Source: an uncultured Thermoleophilia bacterium (lineage in GTDB: Bacteria > Actinomycetota > Thermoleophilia > UBA2241). From it: a stretch of DNA of 64,000 nucleotides. Shown piece after piece: positions 53,098 to 62,581 of the stretch. The stretch is from assembly GCA_963762125.1 (NCBI GenBank), contig CAVXJO010000007.1, forward strand, positions 167,950-231,949, given 5' to 3'. Both the position numbers and the translations under genes were made by a program. The notes under the pieces are model-generated. The model ran no database searches, had not been told where the DNA came from, and was given only the letters and a program-made list of their open reading frames with translations. Within the stretch, counting starts at the first letter, position 1, and the number at the start of each line of letters is the position of its first letter.

Positions 53098-54197
53098 CCC
53101 TCCCCCATCTCGAACGTCTCGTAAGGGTTCTCGCAGGGGGGACCGGCACAGGCATACATGCGGCGCTCATCGAGGTCGCAGATGATGCTTCCGACGGTCA
53201 TTCCTTGATCCGCCGGCGCCTCGTCTGAGTTGGGATGCCCGCAGATGCACTGGTCGCGCGACGGTTCGTGCGTGCGGAGGACCCGGGCGACGAGGTCCAC
53301 CGGGTCCTCAGCGACAGCGAGGCCCTCCGCGAGCATCCGTTCGGCGGTCGAGAGACGCACGACCGACTCCTCCGCGGCGCGCCCCTCGTAGGGCTGCATC
53401 TCCGGGGAGACGTAGTGGTTCGAGTGCGCCATGAACCCTGCTTGGGTGTGGTCCATGAGGGCGTGCGCGTTCGCCGACGTCTCGAGGTCCCAGAGGCGGC
53501 CGGCCGTGTCGGCAAGGAACTGGTTGGTGCCGCGGGCGCGGGCGGCGAGCAGGCCCTGGCCCCACGCCTCCTCCATCGTCCGCGCTTCGAGGGCCGCGCG
53601 GCGCACGAAGACGTTGGGCACGCCGATGCGATTGTCGTTGGAGTGCACCGAGTTGCTGACGTTGCCGATGCCGTGGCTGTTCATGCCCAACATCAGCAGG
53701 TACGGCGCCCCGGCGAGGCCCATGATCCGGGTGCCGTCCGGTCCGGTGAGATCGAAGAGGACGTTGTTGACGGCGTCGATGACGTACCAGTCCATGTTGT
53801 GCCCCACGATGTGGCGTCCGCCTGAAGCAACGGCGACGGCCGTGCAGTGATCGCCCGACCGTGGCGATCCCGACGGCGTAGAGACGGCCGGCTCCTCGGC
53901 GGTGAACTCCTCGCCGCAGTTCAGTACCAGCAGTCGGGACATGGGCACGTCGGCGCCTTCAGCCAGACCCTCCAGTTCCTCGACCTGGCCGGGCAGCCAG
54001 CGGCGCGCCTGCGCGGCGTAGGAGAGCGCCTCCCGCTCGGCCGCGGCGAAGGACAAGCGGCCGCCGGTCATGGACATGAAGTTCTCACGGAAGAAGGCGA
54101 CCGAGGCCAGGACCTGCTCGCGCGCCGCCTCTCCGACGGCGCGACCGAGTTCCCGGTACGTGCCCCTCGCCTGAACGTGCACGAACGCGATACCCAT
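53094..54197 (-). CDS. C45-family peptidase / acyl-CoA:6-aminopenicillanic-acid acyltransferase-like Ntn hydrolase
   Basis: 367 aa. …RSGDHCTAVAV… is the putative self-processing site exposing an N-terminal Cys. Overall AAT/C45 topology. Overlaps the D-aminoacylase stop. Confidence 0.7.
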   Translation of the reverse strand: MGIAFVHVQARGTYRELGRAVGEAAREQVLASVAFFRENFMSMTGGRLSFAAAEREALSYAAQARRWLPGQVEELEGLAEGADVPMSRLLVLNCGEEFTAEEPAVSTPSGSPRSGDHCTAVAVASGGRHIVGHNMDWYVIDAVNNVLFDLTGPDGTRIMGLAGAPYLLMLGMNSHGIGNVSNSVHSNDNRIGVPNVFVRRAALEARTMEEAWGQGLLAARARGTNQFLADTAGRLWDLETSANAHALMDHTQAGFMAHSNHYVSPEMQPYEGRAAEESVVRLSTAERMLAEGLAVAEDPVDLVARVLRTHEPSRDQCICGHPNSDEAPADQGMTVGSIICDLDERRMYACAGPPCENPYETFEMGEG

Positions 54198-54206
54198 ACG
54201 GCCAGT

Positions 54207-55682
54207 CTACAGCCCGAGCACGCGGCGCGGGTCGGGGTGGCCAGTCAGTCCGAGCTCAGCGGCGCAGCGGGCGATGAGGGCGACGAGCTCGTCGAGCACG
54301 TCGTCCGGGAGGCCGACCGGCTCGCGGTCGGCGAGCTCGGCCGCCTTGTCCGTGGCGAGGTCGACGAGGCCCGCGCGCCCGGAGGCGAGCCAGTCGCCGA
54401 GTCCGCCGCGATAGCTGAGCAGGGGGCTGACGAACTCGCTGCGGATGTAGCGCCGCGTGTGCTTCGTGCCGAGGAACCCGCGCCCGGAGAGCACGCCGTC
54501 GACCATCGCGTCCACGTCGAGCGCGTCGATGTCCCACGGGCGCGGCGTGAGGGCGTAGCGCACGTTGTTGAGTACTTCGTCGTCGATGACGAGCGCCTCG
54601 AGGCAGCTGGCCACGCCGGCCTGGATCTCACCGACGCCGGAGAGCAGGCGCGGCTTGGGCGCCAAGCCCAGCAGGGCGTTGATCGAGCGCTCGTAGCCGA
54701 ACTGCGCGTCGACGACTTTGCTGTCGCTGCAGGGCCCGTAACAGTCGCAGGCAAGGCCGCAGCGACGCGCCAGAAGCACCGCCGCCGCCGAGGCGACGCC
54801 CGTCTCCGGCGTGCCGCTGACCACCACGCCGCTGCGCGGGTCCACGGCGCTGAGACGCGGCCCATAGTAGACCGGCGTGCCCGCCGCCGCGGCTTGGGTG
54901 AGCACGACTCCGGCGAGCACCTCGGCGTGCTGCTGCGCGAGCGCCGCCGACAGAGCGCCGGGCGCCGTGGTGGCGGCGGCAGGGCAGGGCAGGATCTCGA
55001 CGGCCACGCCTCCGCGGCGTGCCTGAGACGTGAGTGCATCCGAGACGTCGCCGCCGAGGATCAGCGGGCTCACCGGAGAGAAGGCGAGGTCGATCGCATA
55101 CACGCCGTCCGCGCCGTCCGCGCCGGTCACCGCCTGCGCCATCTGCTGCAGGTACTGCGCCTGGAACGGATAGGAGATGCCGGGGCCGCCGATGGCCTTG
55201 TCGGTCTCGTAGGCGAGGATCAAGAACGAGTACAGCGGCTCGAGCAGATCGGGCACGTCCTCGGGCTGCCAGAGGGAGGTGACCTGCTCCTGGTGCACGA
55301 GGTTGTGCATGATCCTGGTCGCGAGCACCTGGTCACGCAGCGTCGCCCTGCGCCCCGCTCCCGTGCGCGGGTCGCTGACGTCGCGGGCGCCGCCCATGTT
55401 GTGGACGTAGGTCACGCCCGGGTCCGGATCCATGGCGAGTGAACGCTCGGGATCGCGCGCCGCGAGCACGTACTCGCGCGGACAGGCGGCGAGGGCGTCC
55501 GCCACAGCCTGCGGCGGCACGGTCAGGCGGTCCTCCCCGGCGGGACGACAGCCCGCCGCGACCAGCAGGTCCCGCGCGGCGGGCGACTCCACCCGCACGC
55601 CGGCCCGCTCCAGCAGGCCCAGCGCGGCGAGATGCATCGCCTCGATCGCTTCGTCGGGCCAGACGGCGGCGGGCTCGATCAT
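54207..55682 (-). CDS. MttB-superfamily (trimethylamine methyltransferase-like) non-pyrrolysine methyltransferase. It probably demethylates a quaternary or tertiary amine such as a betaine.
   Basis: 491 aa uninterrupted TIM-barrel MttB fold with no in-frame amber codon, so not Pyl-dependent. It overlaps the SBP gene stop. Confidence 0.75.
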   Translation of the reverse strand: MIEPAAVWPDEAIEAMHLAALGLLERAGVRVESPAARDLLVAAGCRPAGEDRLTVPPQAVADALAACPREYVLAARDPERSLAMDPDPGVTYVHNMGGARDVSDPRTGAGRRATLRDQVLATRIMHNLVHQEQVTSLWQPEDVPDLLEPLYSFLILAYETDKAIGGPGISYPFQAQYLQQMAQAVTGADGADGVYAIDLAFSPVSPLILGGDVSDALTSQARRGGVAVEILPCPAAATTAPGALSAALAQQHAEVLAGVVLTQAAAAGTPVYYGPRLSAVDPRSGVVVSGTPETGVASAAAVLLARRCGLACDCYGPCSDSKVVDAQFGYERSINALLGLAPKPRLLSGVGEIQAGVASCLEALVIDDEVLNNVRYALTPRPWDIDALDVDAMVDGVLSGRGFLGTKHTRRYIRSEFVSPLLSYRGGLGDWLASGRAGLVDLATDKAAELADREPVGLPDDVLDELVALIARCAAELGLTGHPDPRRVLGL

Positions 55683-57559
55683 GTGGCGTCATCCTTCCGG
55701 GTCGGTCGTGCCTCGTGCTTCGTCACGTGTCCGCCGCCGCCCTCTGATCGCCGGCGCAGGAGAGCAAAGATCAGCGCGCCGGCGGCGATGAGCGCGGCGA
55801 TCACCAGCCACACCCAGACCCTGGACGCCTCCGGCGCCGGCAGTGAGGCGCCCAGCGGACGGAGCTTGATGTACGTCGTGCGCAGCTGGTTCCAGAAGGG
55901 GGCGCGGGCGCCGGCCGGCGCAAGCGCGTACCCCGTCCAGGTCTCGGTGCGGAAGGACTGCAGGTTGGCCTTGTACCACAAGACGATGGACGGATCGTCG
56001 CGATAGAGGACCTTCTGCATCGCGTCGACGAGCTCCTTCCGCCTCGCGCCGTCCTCCGGCGCCGCGGGGTCGAGAGCCTCGGCCTGCAACTCGTAGAGGC
56101 GGTCGTACACGAGGTCGGAGTACCGGGTGTCGCTCCAGTCCATGATCTGCCCGGTCGTGAACGTGCTGAGGATGAAGCCGGGGTCGACGTCGCCGCCCCA
56201 GCTCCAGATGAACAGGTCGTCATCGGCACGGTGATAGATGTCGTCGCTGATATCCGCGGTGCTCTTGACCTCGAGTCGCAGCCTGATGCCGATGTCCCTG
56301 CACCAGCGCACGATCATGCGCGCGGCCGCCTGGTCCTCCGGGTGCTCGGACGGCGCCGCGATGCGGAAGGAGAGCTCCTCCCCGCCGTCGTCCTCTCGCA
56401 CCCCGTCCGCGTCGCCGTCGGTGTAACCGGCGTCTTCGAGGATCTGCTTTGCCCGTTGCGGGTCATACCGGTACTGCGCCGCCTCCGGCACGTCCCAGCG
56501 CCAGCCGCTCTGCGCGGGCGAGAGCAGTGAGGACCCGGGGACGGCCTGCGCGGCCATGACCGTCTCGGCGAGCTTCTTCGTGTCGATGGCCCAGTGCACC
56601 GCCCGGCGGATGGAGGGATCCAGCAGGAGCGGGTTCCCCTTGCTCCTCGGGCTGTGCCAACAGTTGAAGCCGAGCTCGTGGAATCCGATGGCGGGAACGG
56701 CCACCGTGGTGACTCCGGGAATCGCCGCCACGGCGTCGGCGGAGGCGGGTGGATAGTCGCTGATCGCGTCCAGCGCTCCGGACCGGTAGTCTCGCAGCAT
56801 CACCTCCGGGTCCTGCTCGACGACGAACGTCAGTTCGTCGAGCGAGGGACGGCCGCCGAGCGCGGAGGGATAGTCCTGGTTCGCCTCGAGCCGCACGAAC
56901 CGGCCCCTTTGCATCGTCGTGACGCGGAAGGGTCCGGACCCGACGAAGGGCTCGTTGTCGAACCACTTGAGCTCGTCGGGCCGCACCGTCTTCCAGATGT
57001 GCTCGGGAAGGATCGGGATCGCGACGCCGAGCATGTCCGCCTTGGGGCGCCGCGTCGTGATCATCACCGTGGCGTCGTCGGACGCCTCGACACGACTCAC
57101 GCCGGTAAGGTAGTGGCTGTAGACGGGCTCTTGCGAGTCGCGGATCAGGTTGTACGTGAATGCGACGTCGCGCGCCGTGAGCGGCTCGCCGTCCTGCCAC
57201 GTCATGCCCTCCCGGATGTGGAACGTCCAGACCAGGCCATCATCTGAGAGCTCCCAGCTGGCGGCGATGTCGGGCGCCGGGCGGTAATCGGAGTCGAACC
57301 AGGTGAGGTAGTCGTAGCCCAGCAGGAAGCACTCCCGAGACACGGGACTCCAGGCGCTGAACGGGTTCAACCCGTCGCTTGGCTGGCCGACGCCGATGCG
57401 GTACTCGACCGGCGCCGGCGACGGCGAGGCTGAGGCGGGAGCGGGCGGAGCGAGCGCCAGAGCGGCGACCAGGGTCAGCAACAGGAGGGCGCAGGCCGCG
57501 CTGCTCCGCGCAGGCGCGGCTCCAGCGTCACTGCGTCTCATCTCCCGGCTCCTTCGCAT
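55679..57559 (-). CDS. ABC transporter substrate-binding protein, family 5 (peptide/opine/nickel type), with an N-terminal signal peptide and an unusual C-terminal transmembrane anchor
   Basis: SBP_bac_5 fold (…ASWELSDDGLVWTFHIREGMTWQDGEPLTARDV…). C-terminus …SRVWVWLVIAALIAAGALIFALLRRRSEGGGGH…. Confidence 0.8.
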   Translation of the reverse strand: MRRSREMRRSDAGAAPARSSAACALLLLTLVAALALAPPAPASASPSPAPVEYRIGVGQPSDGLNPFSAWSPVSRECFLLGYDYLTWFDSDYRPAPDIAASWELSDDGLVWTFHIREGMTWQDGEPLTARDVAFTYNLIRDSQEPVYSHYLTGVSRVEASDDATVMITTRRPKADMLGVAIPILPEHIWKTVRPDELKWFDNEPFVGSGPFRVTTMQRGRFVRLEANQDYPSALGGRPSLDELTFVVEQDPEVMLRDYRSGALDAISDYPPASADAVAAIPGVTTVAVPAIGFHELGFNCWHSPRSKGNPLLLDPSIRRAVHWAIDTKKLAETVMAAQAVPGSSLLSPAQSGWRWDVPEAAQYRYDPQRAKQILEDAGYTDGDADGVREDDGGEELSFRIAAPSEHPEDQAAARMIVRWCRDIGIRLRLEVKSTADISDDIYHRADDDLFIWSWGGDVDPGFILSTFTTGQIMDWSDTRYSDLVYDRLYELQAEALDPAAPEDGARRKELVDAMQKVLYRDDPSIVLWYKANLQSFRTETWTGYALAPAGARAPFWNQLRTTYIKLRPLGASLPAPEASRVWVWLVIAALIAAGALIFALLRRRSEGGGGHVTKHEARPTRKDDAT

Positions 57560-57628
57560 GCTCGAACGTGGGCCGGCCGGGGCGGTGAGCGCCTTGCTGC
57601 CTCACCGCCCCGGCCAGCCGCTCCTCCG

Positions 57629-58672
57629 CTACTTGATCCTGATACAGGCGGCGTAGTGGTCACCGCCGATGTGGACGTCCTCGGGATCGATCTGCTTACA
57701 GTCGTCGATCGCCTCCGGGCAGCGCGGGTGGAAGCGGCAACCAGTGGGGATGTCGACCGGGTTCGGGGTCTCCCCCTTGAGGATGACGTGCTCGCGCCGG
57801 GCCAGCGGGTCGGGCACGGGGATGACGCTGATCAGCGCCTTGGTATAGGGGTGCTGGGGGTTGGCGACTACCTCTTCGGTGTCGCCGATCTCGACGATGC
57901 GGCCAAGGTACATCACGGCGATCCGGTCGCTGATCACCCAGGCCAGCGAGAGGTCGTGGGTGATGAAGATGTAGGTGACGCCAAGCTTCTCCTTCTCCTC
58001 CACCATCAGCTTGAGGATGTCGTTGCGGATCGAGACGTCGAGCGAGGCGACCGGCTCGTCGGCGACGATCACGTCCGGGTCGAGCACCGTGGCGCCGGCG
58101 ATGCAGACACGCTGCCGCTGCCCGCCGCTGAGCTCGTGCGGGTAGCGGTACAGATACTCGATCGCCGGCCTGAGGCCGGCCTCGTTGATGGCGGTGATGA
58201 CCTTCTCTTCCTTCTCGCGCTCGCTCGAGCAGATGTTGTTGACCTCGAGGGGCTCGGCGACGATGTCGAAGATCGTCTGCTTGGGATTGATCGAGTTGTA
58301 GGGGTCCTGGAAGATGATCTGCGCCTTCCTGCGGTAGGCGCGCAGCTCCCTGCCGCTGAACTGCTGCACCGGCTTGCCCTTGTAGAGGATCTCGCCGCCG
58401 GTGGCTTCTTCCAGGCGCAGCAGGGTGCGGCCCGTGGTCGTCTTGCCGCAGCCGGACTCCCCGACCAGGGCGATGATCTCGCCCTTCTTGATCTGGAAGC
58501 TGATGTGGTCGACCGCCTTCACGAACTGCTTCTCGCTCGACACCATGCTCTTGAAGAAGCCCTGGTGAATGGGGAAGTAGACCTCCAGGTCCCTGATGTC
58601 GAAGAGGACGTCGCCGGTCTCGGGGGCGAGCTTGAGGTCCGGGCGTTCCGTTTGCTCCGTGGCCATCGTCAC
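57629..58672 (-). CDS. Oligopeptide/dipeptide ABC transporter ATP-binding protein (OppF/DppF-like)
   Basis: Walker A GESGCGKTT, signature LSGGQRQRVCIA, C-terminal oligopeptide-ATPase domain (…CRFHPRCPEAIDDC…). Confidence 0.88.
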   Translation of the reverse strand: MTMATEQTERPDLKLAPETGDVLFDIRDLEVYFPIHQGFFKSMVSSEKQFVKAVDHISFQIKKGEIIALVGESGCGKTTTGRTLLRLEEATGGEILYKGKPVQQFSGRELRAYRRKAQIIFQDPYNSINPKQTIFDIVAEPLEVNNICSSEREKEEKVITAINEAGLRPAIEYLYRYPHELSGGQRQRVCIAGATVLDPDVIVADEPVASLDVSIRNDILKLMVEEKEKLGVTYIFITHDLSLAWVISDRIAVMYLGRIVEIGDTEEVVANPQHPYTKALISVIPVPDPLARREHVILKGETPNPVDIPTGCRFHPRCPEAIDDCKQIDPEDVHIGGDHYAACIRIK

Positions 58673-59754
58673 ACCCCCTTCAAGTGCGGTGTAGCCCCGC
58701 CCGCCTCAACGAAAGCGTCATCACGCCGGGCCTTCGCGTGGACGCAGCGCACGAAGTGCCCGCGCTCCACCTCGGTGAGGCCGGGGTGCTCCGTCTTGCA
58801 GCTCTCGATCCTCACATCGCAGCGCGGCTCGAAGGCGCAGCCCGCGGGCGGGTTGATGAGGTTGGGCGGGTCGCCCTTGATCGAACTCACCATCTCGCGC
58901 TTCTCGTGGATGTTGGGGAACGCCTTGATCAGCTGGCGCGTGTAGGGGTGCGTGGCGTTGTTGAAGATGTCGGCGGTACTGCCGCTCTCGACCACCTCGC
59001 CGGCGTACATGACGACGCCCTTGTCGCAGGTCTCGGCCATGACCGAGAGGTCGTGGCTGATGAGGATGAACGACAGATCGAGCTCCTTGCGCAAACGCCC
59101 GATGAGCTCGAGGATCTGCGCCTGCACCATGACGTCGAGCGCCGTGGTGGGCTCGTCGCCGATGACCAGCTTGGGGTTGCAGGCCAGGGCCATGGCGATC
59201 ATGGCGCGCTGGCGCATGCCGCCGGAGAGCTGGTGCGGGAAGTCCATGACGCGCTTAGGGTTGATGCCCACAAGGTCGAAGAGCTCGCGCGCGCGCACCA
59301 TCGCCTGCTTCTCGCTGAGTCCCTCGTGCAGCTGGATGGGCTCGGCGATCTGCTTGCCCGTCTCCTTGACCGGGTTGAGCGCGTTCATCGCCCCCTGGAA
59401 GATGATGCTGATCTCCTTCCAGCGGATCTTACTCATGCCGAACTCGGTGCGCTTGACGAGGTTGCGGCCGTCGAACAGGATGTCGCCGCTGACGATGCGG
59501 CCGTTCTCGGGCAGCAGCTTGAGCAGGCTCAGCGCCGCGGTCGTCTTGCCGCAGCCGGACTCACCGGCGAGGCCCAGGCTCTCGCCGGGCTTGACCTGGA
59601 AGGAGACGTCCTGCACGGCCTTGACGTCGCCGATGCCGAGCTTGAAGTAGGTGGTCAGGTTGCGTACGTCGAGCAGACCTTCGTGCTCGATGCGCTCGGT
59701 CGCCTTCTTCTCGGGGCCGGCCTTGCCCTTGGCCTTGGGGGCGGTGGTCGCCAT
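58669..59754 (-). CDS. Oligopeptide/dipeptide ABC transporter ATP-binding protein (OppD/DppD-like)
   Basis: Walker A GESGCGKTT, signature LSGGMRQRAMIAMAL, C-terminal …CAFEPRCDVRIESC…. Confidence 0.88.
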   Translation of the reverse strand: MATTAPKAKGKAGPEKKATERIEHEGLLDVRNLTTYFKLGIGDVKAVQDVSFQVKPGESLGLAGESGCGKTTAALSLLKLLPENGRIVSGDILFDGRNLVKRTEFGMSKIRWKEISIIFQGAMNALNPVKETGKQIAEPIQLHEGLSEKQAMVRARELFDLVGINPKRVMDFPHQLSGGMRQRAMIAMALACNPKLVIGDEPTTALDVMVQAQILELIGRLRKELDLSFILISHDLSVMAETCDKGVVMYAGEVVESGSTADIFNNATHPYTRQLIKAFPNIHEKREMVSSIKGDPPNLINPPAGCAFEPRCDVRIESCKTEHPGLTEVERGHFVRCVHAKARRDDAFVEAGGATPHLKGV

Positions 59755-61295
59755 CAGTCCTCCCCCTTGTCGTCGTCTGCTATGTGGCCGCCGACCCAGC
59801 CGCCACCCTCGGGGCGGCCGATGGAGCCGCCGGCCGGCTTGTCGAAGTCGGGCATGGCGTCGTCGGTCTGCTGGCCCGGCGTGAACATGCCGGCGCTGCC
59901 GCCGAGGCCGGCGCCGCCGGCCACGGCGATCGCCGGCTCGCCGCGAGCCGTGAACCGGCTCTCAGTGCTGCTGTCCTCACGCTTGCGCAGCTTGGGATCG
60001 AGCACCTCGTCGTAGGCCGTGCCGATGAAGGTGAAGGCGAGGACGACGAGGATGATGGCGATGCCCGGCGGCAGCAGGTACCACCAGGCCGGCAGACCGG
60101 CGGCGCCGTTCACCCACGCGTAGTGGAGCATGGTGCCCCAGCTGAAGTTGAGCGGGTCGCCGAGGCCCAGGAACGAGAGCGTCGTCTCCGAGAGGATGGC
60201 GATGGCCACGACGAGCACCAGATTGGCGAAGATGAGCGGCATCACGTTGGGCAGCACGTGCTTGGTCATGGTGTGCCGGTTGCTGGACCCGATCGCCTTG
60301 GCGCGCTCGATGAAGCTCAGCTCGCGCACGCGCAGCACGTCCGAACGTATGACTCGTGCCGTGCCCGGCCAGCTGGTGATGCCGATGATGAGGATGATCA
60401 TCCAGTAGTTCTGACCCCAAGCGGCGGCGAGCACCATCGCGAGCGGCAGCCATGGGATGACCAGGAACGCGTCTGTTAAGCGCATCCACCCCTCGCCTTG
60501 CCAGCCTCCGTAGAAACCGGCGGCGATGCCGATACCGGCGCCGAGGACGGTGGACATGAAGGCGGCCAAGAGGCCGACCATGAGCGAGATACGTGCGCTC
60601 CAGATGAACTGGGCGAGCACGCTCTGCCCCACCTGATCGGTACCGAACCAGTTGTAATAAGACAGGGTCGGCGGGTGATACGGGCCGTAGAGCTCGCCCG
60701 TGGCCGGATCCTTGATCTGCGCGTTGGGATCGAGCAGTGCGTGGTCGGCCAGGAACGGAGCCAGAAGCGCCATGAGCATGAAGACGACGAGGATGCCCAG
60801 ACCGACCATGCCCTGCCAGTTGGCGCGGTACAGCCTCCACACCTGATGCGTGTTCCAGGTGGTGAGCTCCGCCCGCTCCGGGTTGCCCGCGGCCCAGAAC
60901 CAGGCACAGGCGCCGCCAAGGACGACGGCCACCGTCTGCAGGGCCCAGTTGTAGGAGATCTCGTTGACGCTGCCCGACCAGCCTCCAGCTCCACTGGCGC
61001 CGGCAAGGTAGCCCCAGACGAAGAACACGACGGCCTCCGCGACGAGAAGCAGGTTCATGACCTTGGCCTTGGCCCTGCGAAGGAGCCCGATCGCCCCGCC
61101 AAGGAGACAGAGGAGGCCGACCAGGATCAGCGCCCATGCCGGGTAGGCGCCGACACTTGCGGAGAAGAAGCCCTTGATCACCTCGGAAAGGCCGCTGGCG
61201 AGGGGCACCGTCTTCGGATACGTGAGCAGCTCGAGGACGACCCAGACGACGATCGTCCAGAAGATCACCCAGTTCCGGAAACGACGGGGGATCAT
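59754..61295 (-). CDS. ABC transporter permease (OppC/DppC-like) with an N-terminal multi-TM extension of about 140 aa and a Gly/Asp-rich C-terminal tail
   Basis: Core BPD_transp_1 permease (…SWPGTARVIRSDVLRVRELSFIERAKAIG…). Extra N-terminal hydrophobic segments. The low-complexity C-terminus ends …GGHIADDDKGED. Confidence 0.8.
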   Translation of the reverse strand: MIPRRFRNWVIFWTIVVWVVLELLTYPKTVPLASGLSEVIKGFFSASVGAYPAWALILVGLLCLLGGAIGLLRRAKAKVMNLLLVAEAVVFFVWGYLAGASGAGGWSGSVNEISYNWALQTVAVVLGGACAWFWAAGNPERAELTTWNTHQVWRLYRANWQGMVGLGILVVFMLMALLAPFLADHALLDPNAQIKDPATGELYGPYHPPTLSYYNWFGTDQVGQSVLAQFIWSARISLMVGLLAAFMSTVLGAGIGIAAGFYGGWQGEGWMRLTDAFLVIPWLPLAMVLAAAWGQNYWMIILIIGITSWPGTARVIRSDVLRVRELSFIERAKAIGSSNRHTMTKHVLPNVMPLIFANLVLVVAIAILSETTLSFLGLGDPLNFSWGTMLHYAWVNGAAGLPAWWYLLPPGIAIILVVLAFTFIGTAYDEVLDPKLRKREDSSTESRFTARGEPAIAVAGGAGLGGSAGMFTPGQQTDDAMPDFDKPAGGSIGRPEGGGWVGGHIADDDKGED

Positions 61296-62260
61296 GCCTG
61301 CACCCTTGGGTCGAGGTAGTAGTACATGATGTCGGCGATGAGGTTGGCGACGATCACGGCGATGCTGGCGATGAGGAACACCAACTGCATGACCGGGTAG
61401 TCGCGCTTCTGCATGGAGTCGAAGGACAACAGCCCGAGTCCGGGCCAGTTGAACACGGCCTCCGCCAGGATCGCACCCGACATCACGAAGCCGAGGTTCA
61501 TCATCACGATGGTCACCGTCGGCAGCATCGCGTTGGGCACCACGTGGCGCCAGAGGACAGCGTTCTCGCTGAGGCCTTTGGCGCGAGCGGTGAGCGCGAA
61601 GTCCTCCTTCATGACACCGGTGATGGAACTGCGCATGATGAGGTGGTACTCACCCACGTAGGCGATGGCGAAGGTGAACGCCGGCAGGAACAGGTGCTTC
61701 ATCAGCGACTGGAAGGAGGCGAAGCCGGTGAGGTCCGCGCCGGGCTCCGCCATGCGGCCTGTGGGGAACCAGCGCAGCTTGGTGGAGAACAGCATGATCA
61801 TCAAGAGGCCGAACCAGAACGTGGGCATGGCGTATAGGACCATCCCTAAGTTCGTCGACACCACGTCGTAGGTGCCGTTCCGTCTCCACCCGGCGAACAC
61901 CCCCATGATCATGCCGACCACAGTGGCGAAGACGGTGCCCACCCCCACGAGCAGGACGGTAGGCCAGATGCGTTCTGCGACCACTTCGGTGACCGGGCGC
62001 TTCTCGGAGAAGGAGAGGCCGAACTTACCCTGCACCGTGTCGCGCCAGTAGTAGATGAACTGCTGCCACATCGGCTTATCGAGGTTGAAGGTCTTGCGCT
62101 GACGCTCGATGACCGACGGGTCGGTCTTCCCCTTGGGGAGAAGGAGCCGGGCGGGGTCGCCCGGGAGGATGCGGAAGAGCGCGAAGTTGAACGAAGCCAC
62201 GAGGACGATCGTGAGTATCGCGTTCAGCACCTTGCGAATGAAGTAGCGTCGTTTGTCCAC
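61292..62260 (-). CDS. ABC transporter permease (OppB/DppB-like)
   Basis: 322 aa, 6 TM, conserved loop …LTARAKGLSENAVLWRHVVPNAM…. Confidence 0.88.
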   Translation of the reverse strand: MDKRRYFIRKVLNAILTIVLVASFNFALFRILPGDPARLLLPKGKTDPSVIERQRKTFNLDKPMWQQFIYYWRDTVQGKFGLSFSEKRPVTEVVAERIWPTVLLVGVGTVFATVVGMIMGVFAGWRRNGTYDVVSTNLGMVLYAMPTFWFGLLMIMLFSTKLRWFPTGRMAEPGADLTGFASFQSLMKHLFLPAFTFAIAYVGEYHLIMRSSITGVMKEDFALTARAKGLSENAVLWRHVVPNAMLPTVTIVMMNLGFVMSGAILAEAVFNWPGLGLLSFDSMQKRDYPVMQLVFLIASIAVIVANLIADIMYYYLDPRVQA

Positions 62261-62581
62261 TGCCCTGCGGGTCGCCGAGCGCTCGGACCAGACCGCCGGC
62301 GGACCCTTGCCTCCTTCTCACATCCGTGGTTGCCGGACCCCTGACACTTGCTGTGCTGCCACTGTGGTGGAGGACCCGCGATGGGGCCTTGAGGATTTAG
62401 ACGACGCGAGGGCAAGGTTCCGTCGACCGCGCCGAGGATCGGCGGCCGTGCCGGTGACGACGGGCCTGGGTGACGAGCGTCTCGCCGTGTGCAACCCCCC
62501 TGCCGGCCCGGAGGCCCGCGGAGCGCAGGGCCGGGCTAGGACGTCATCGTAGACTCCGCGCGGAGGCGCGGCAAGGCGCGG

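Noticed and set aside
51187-53124. 645-aa plus-strand ORF opposite the D-aminoacylase gene, and the 531-aa ORF at 53847-55442 opposite the MttB gene
   Set aside because: GC-skew artefacts, with no motifs and an implausible composition.
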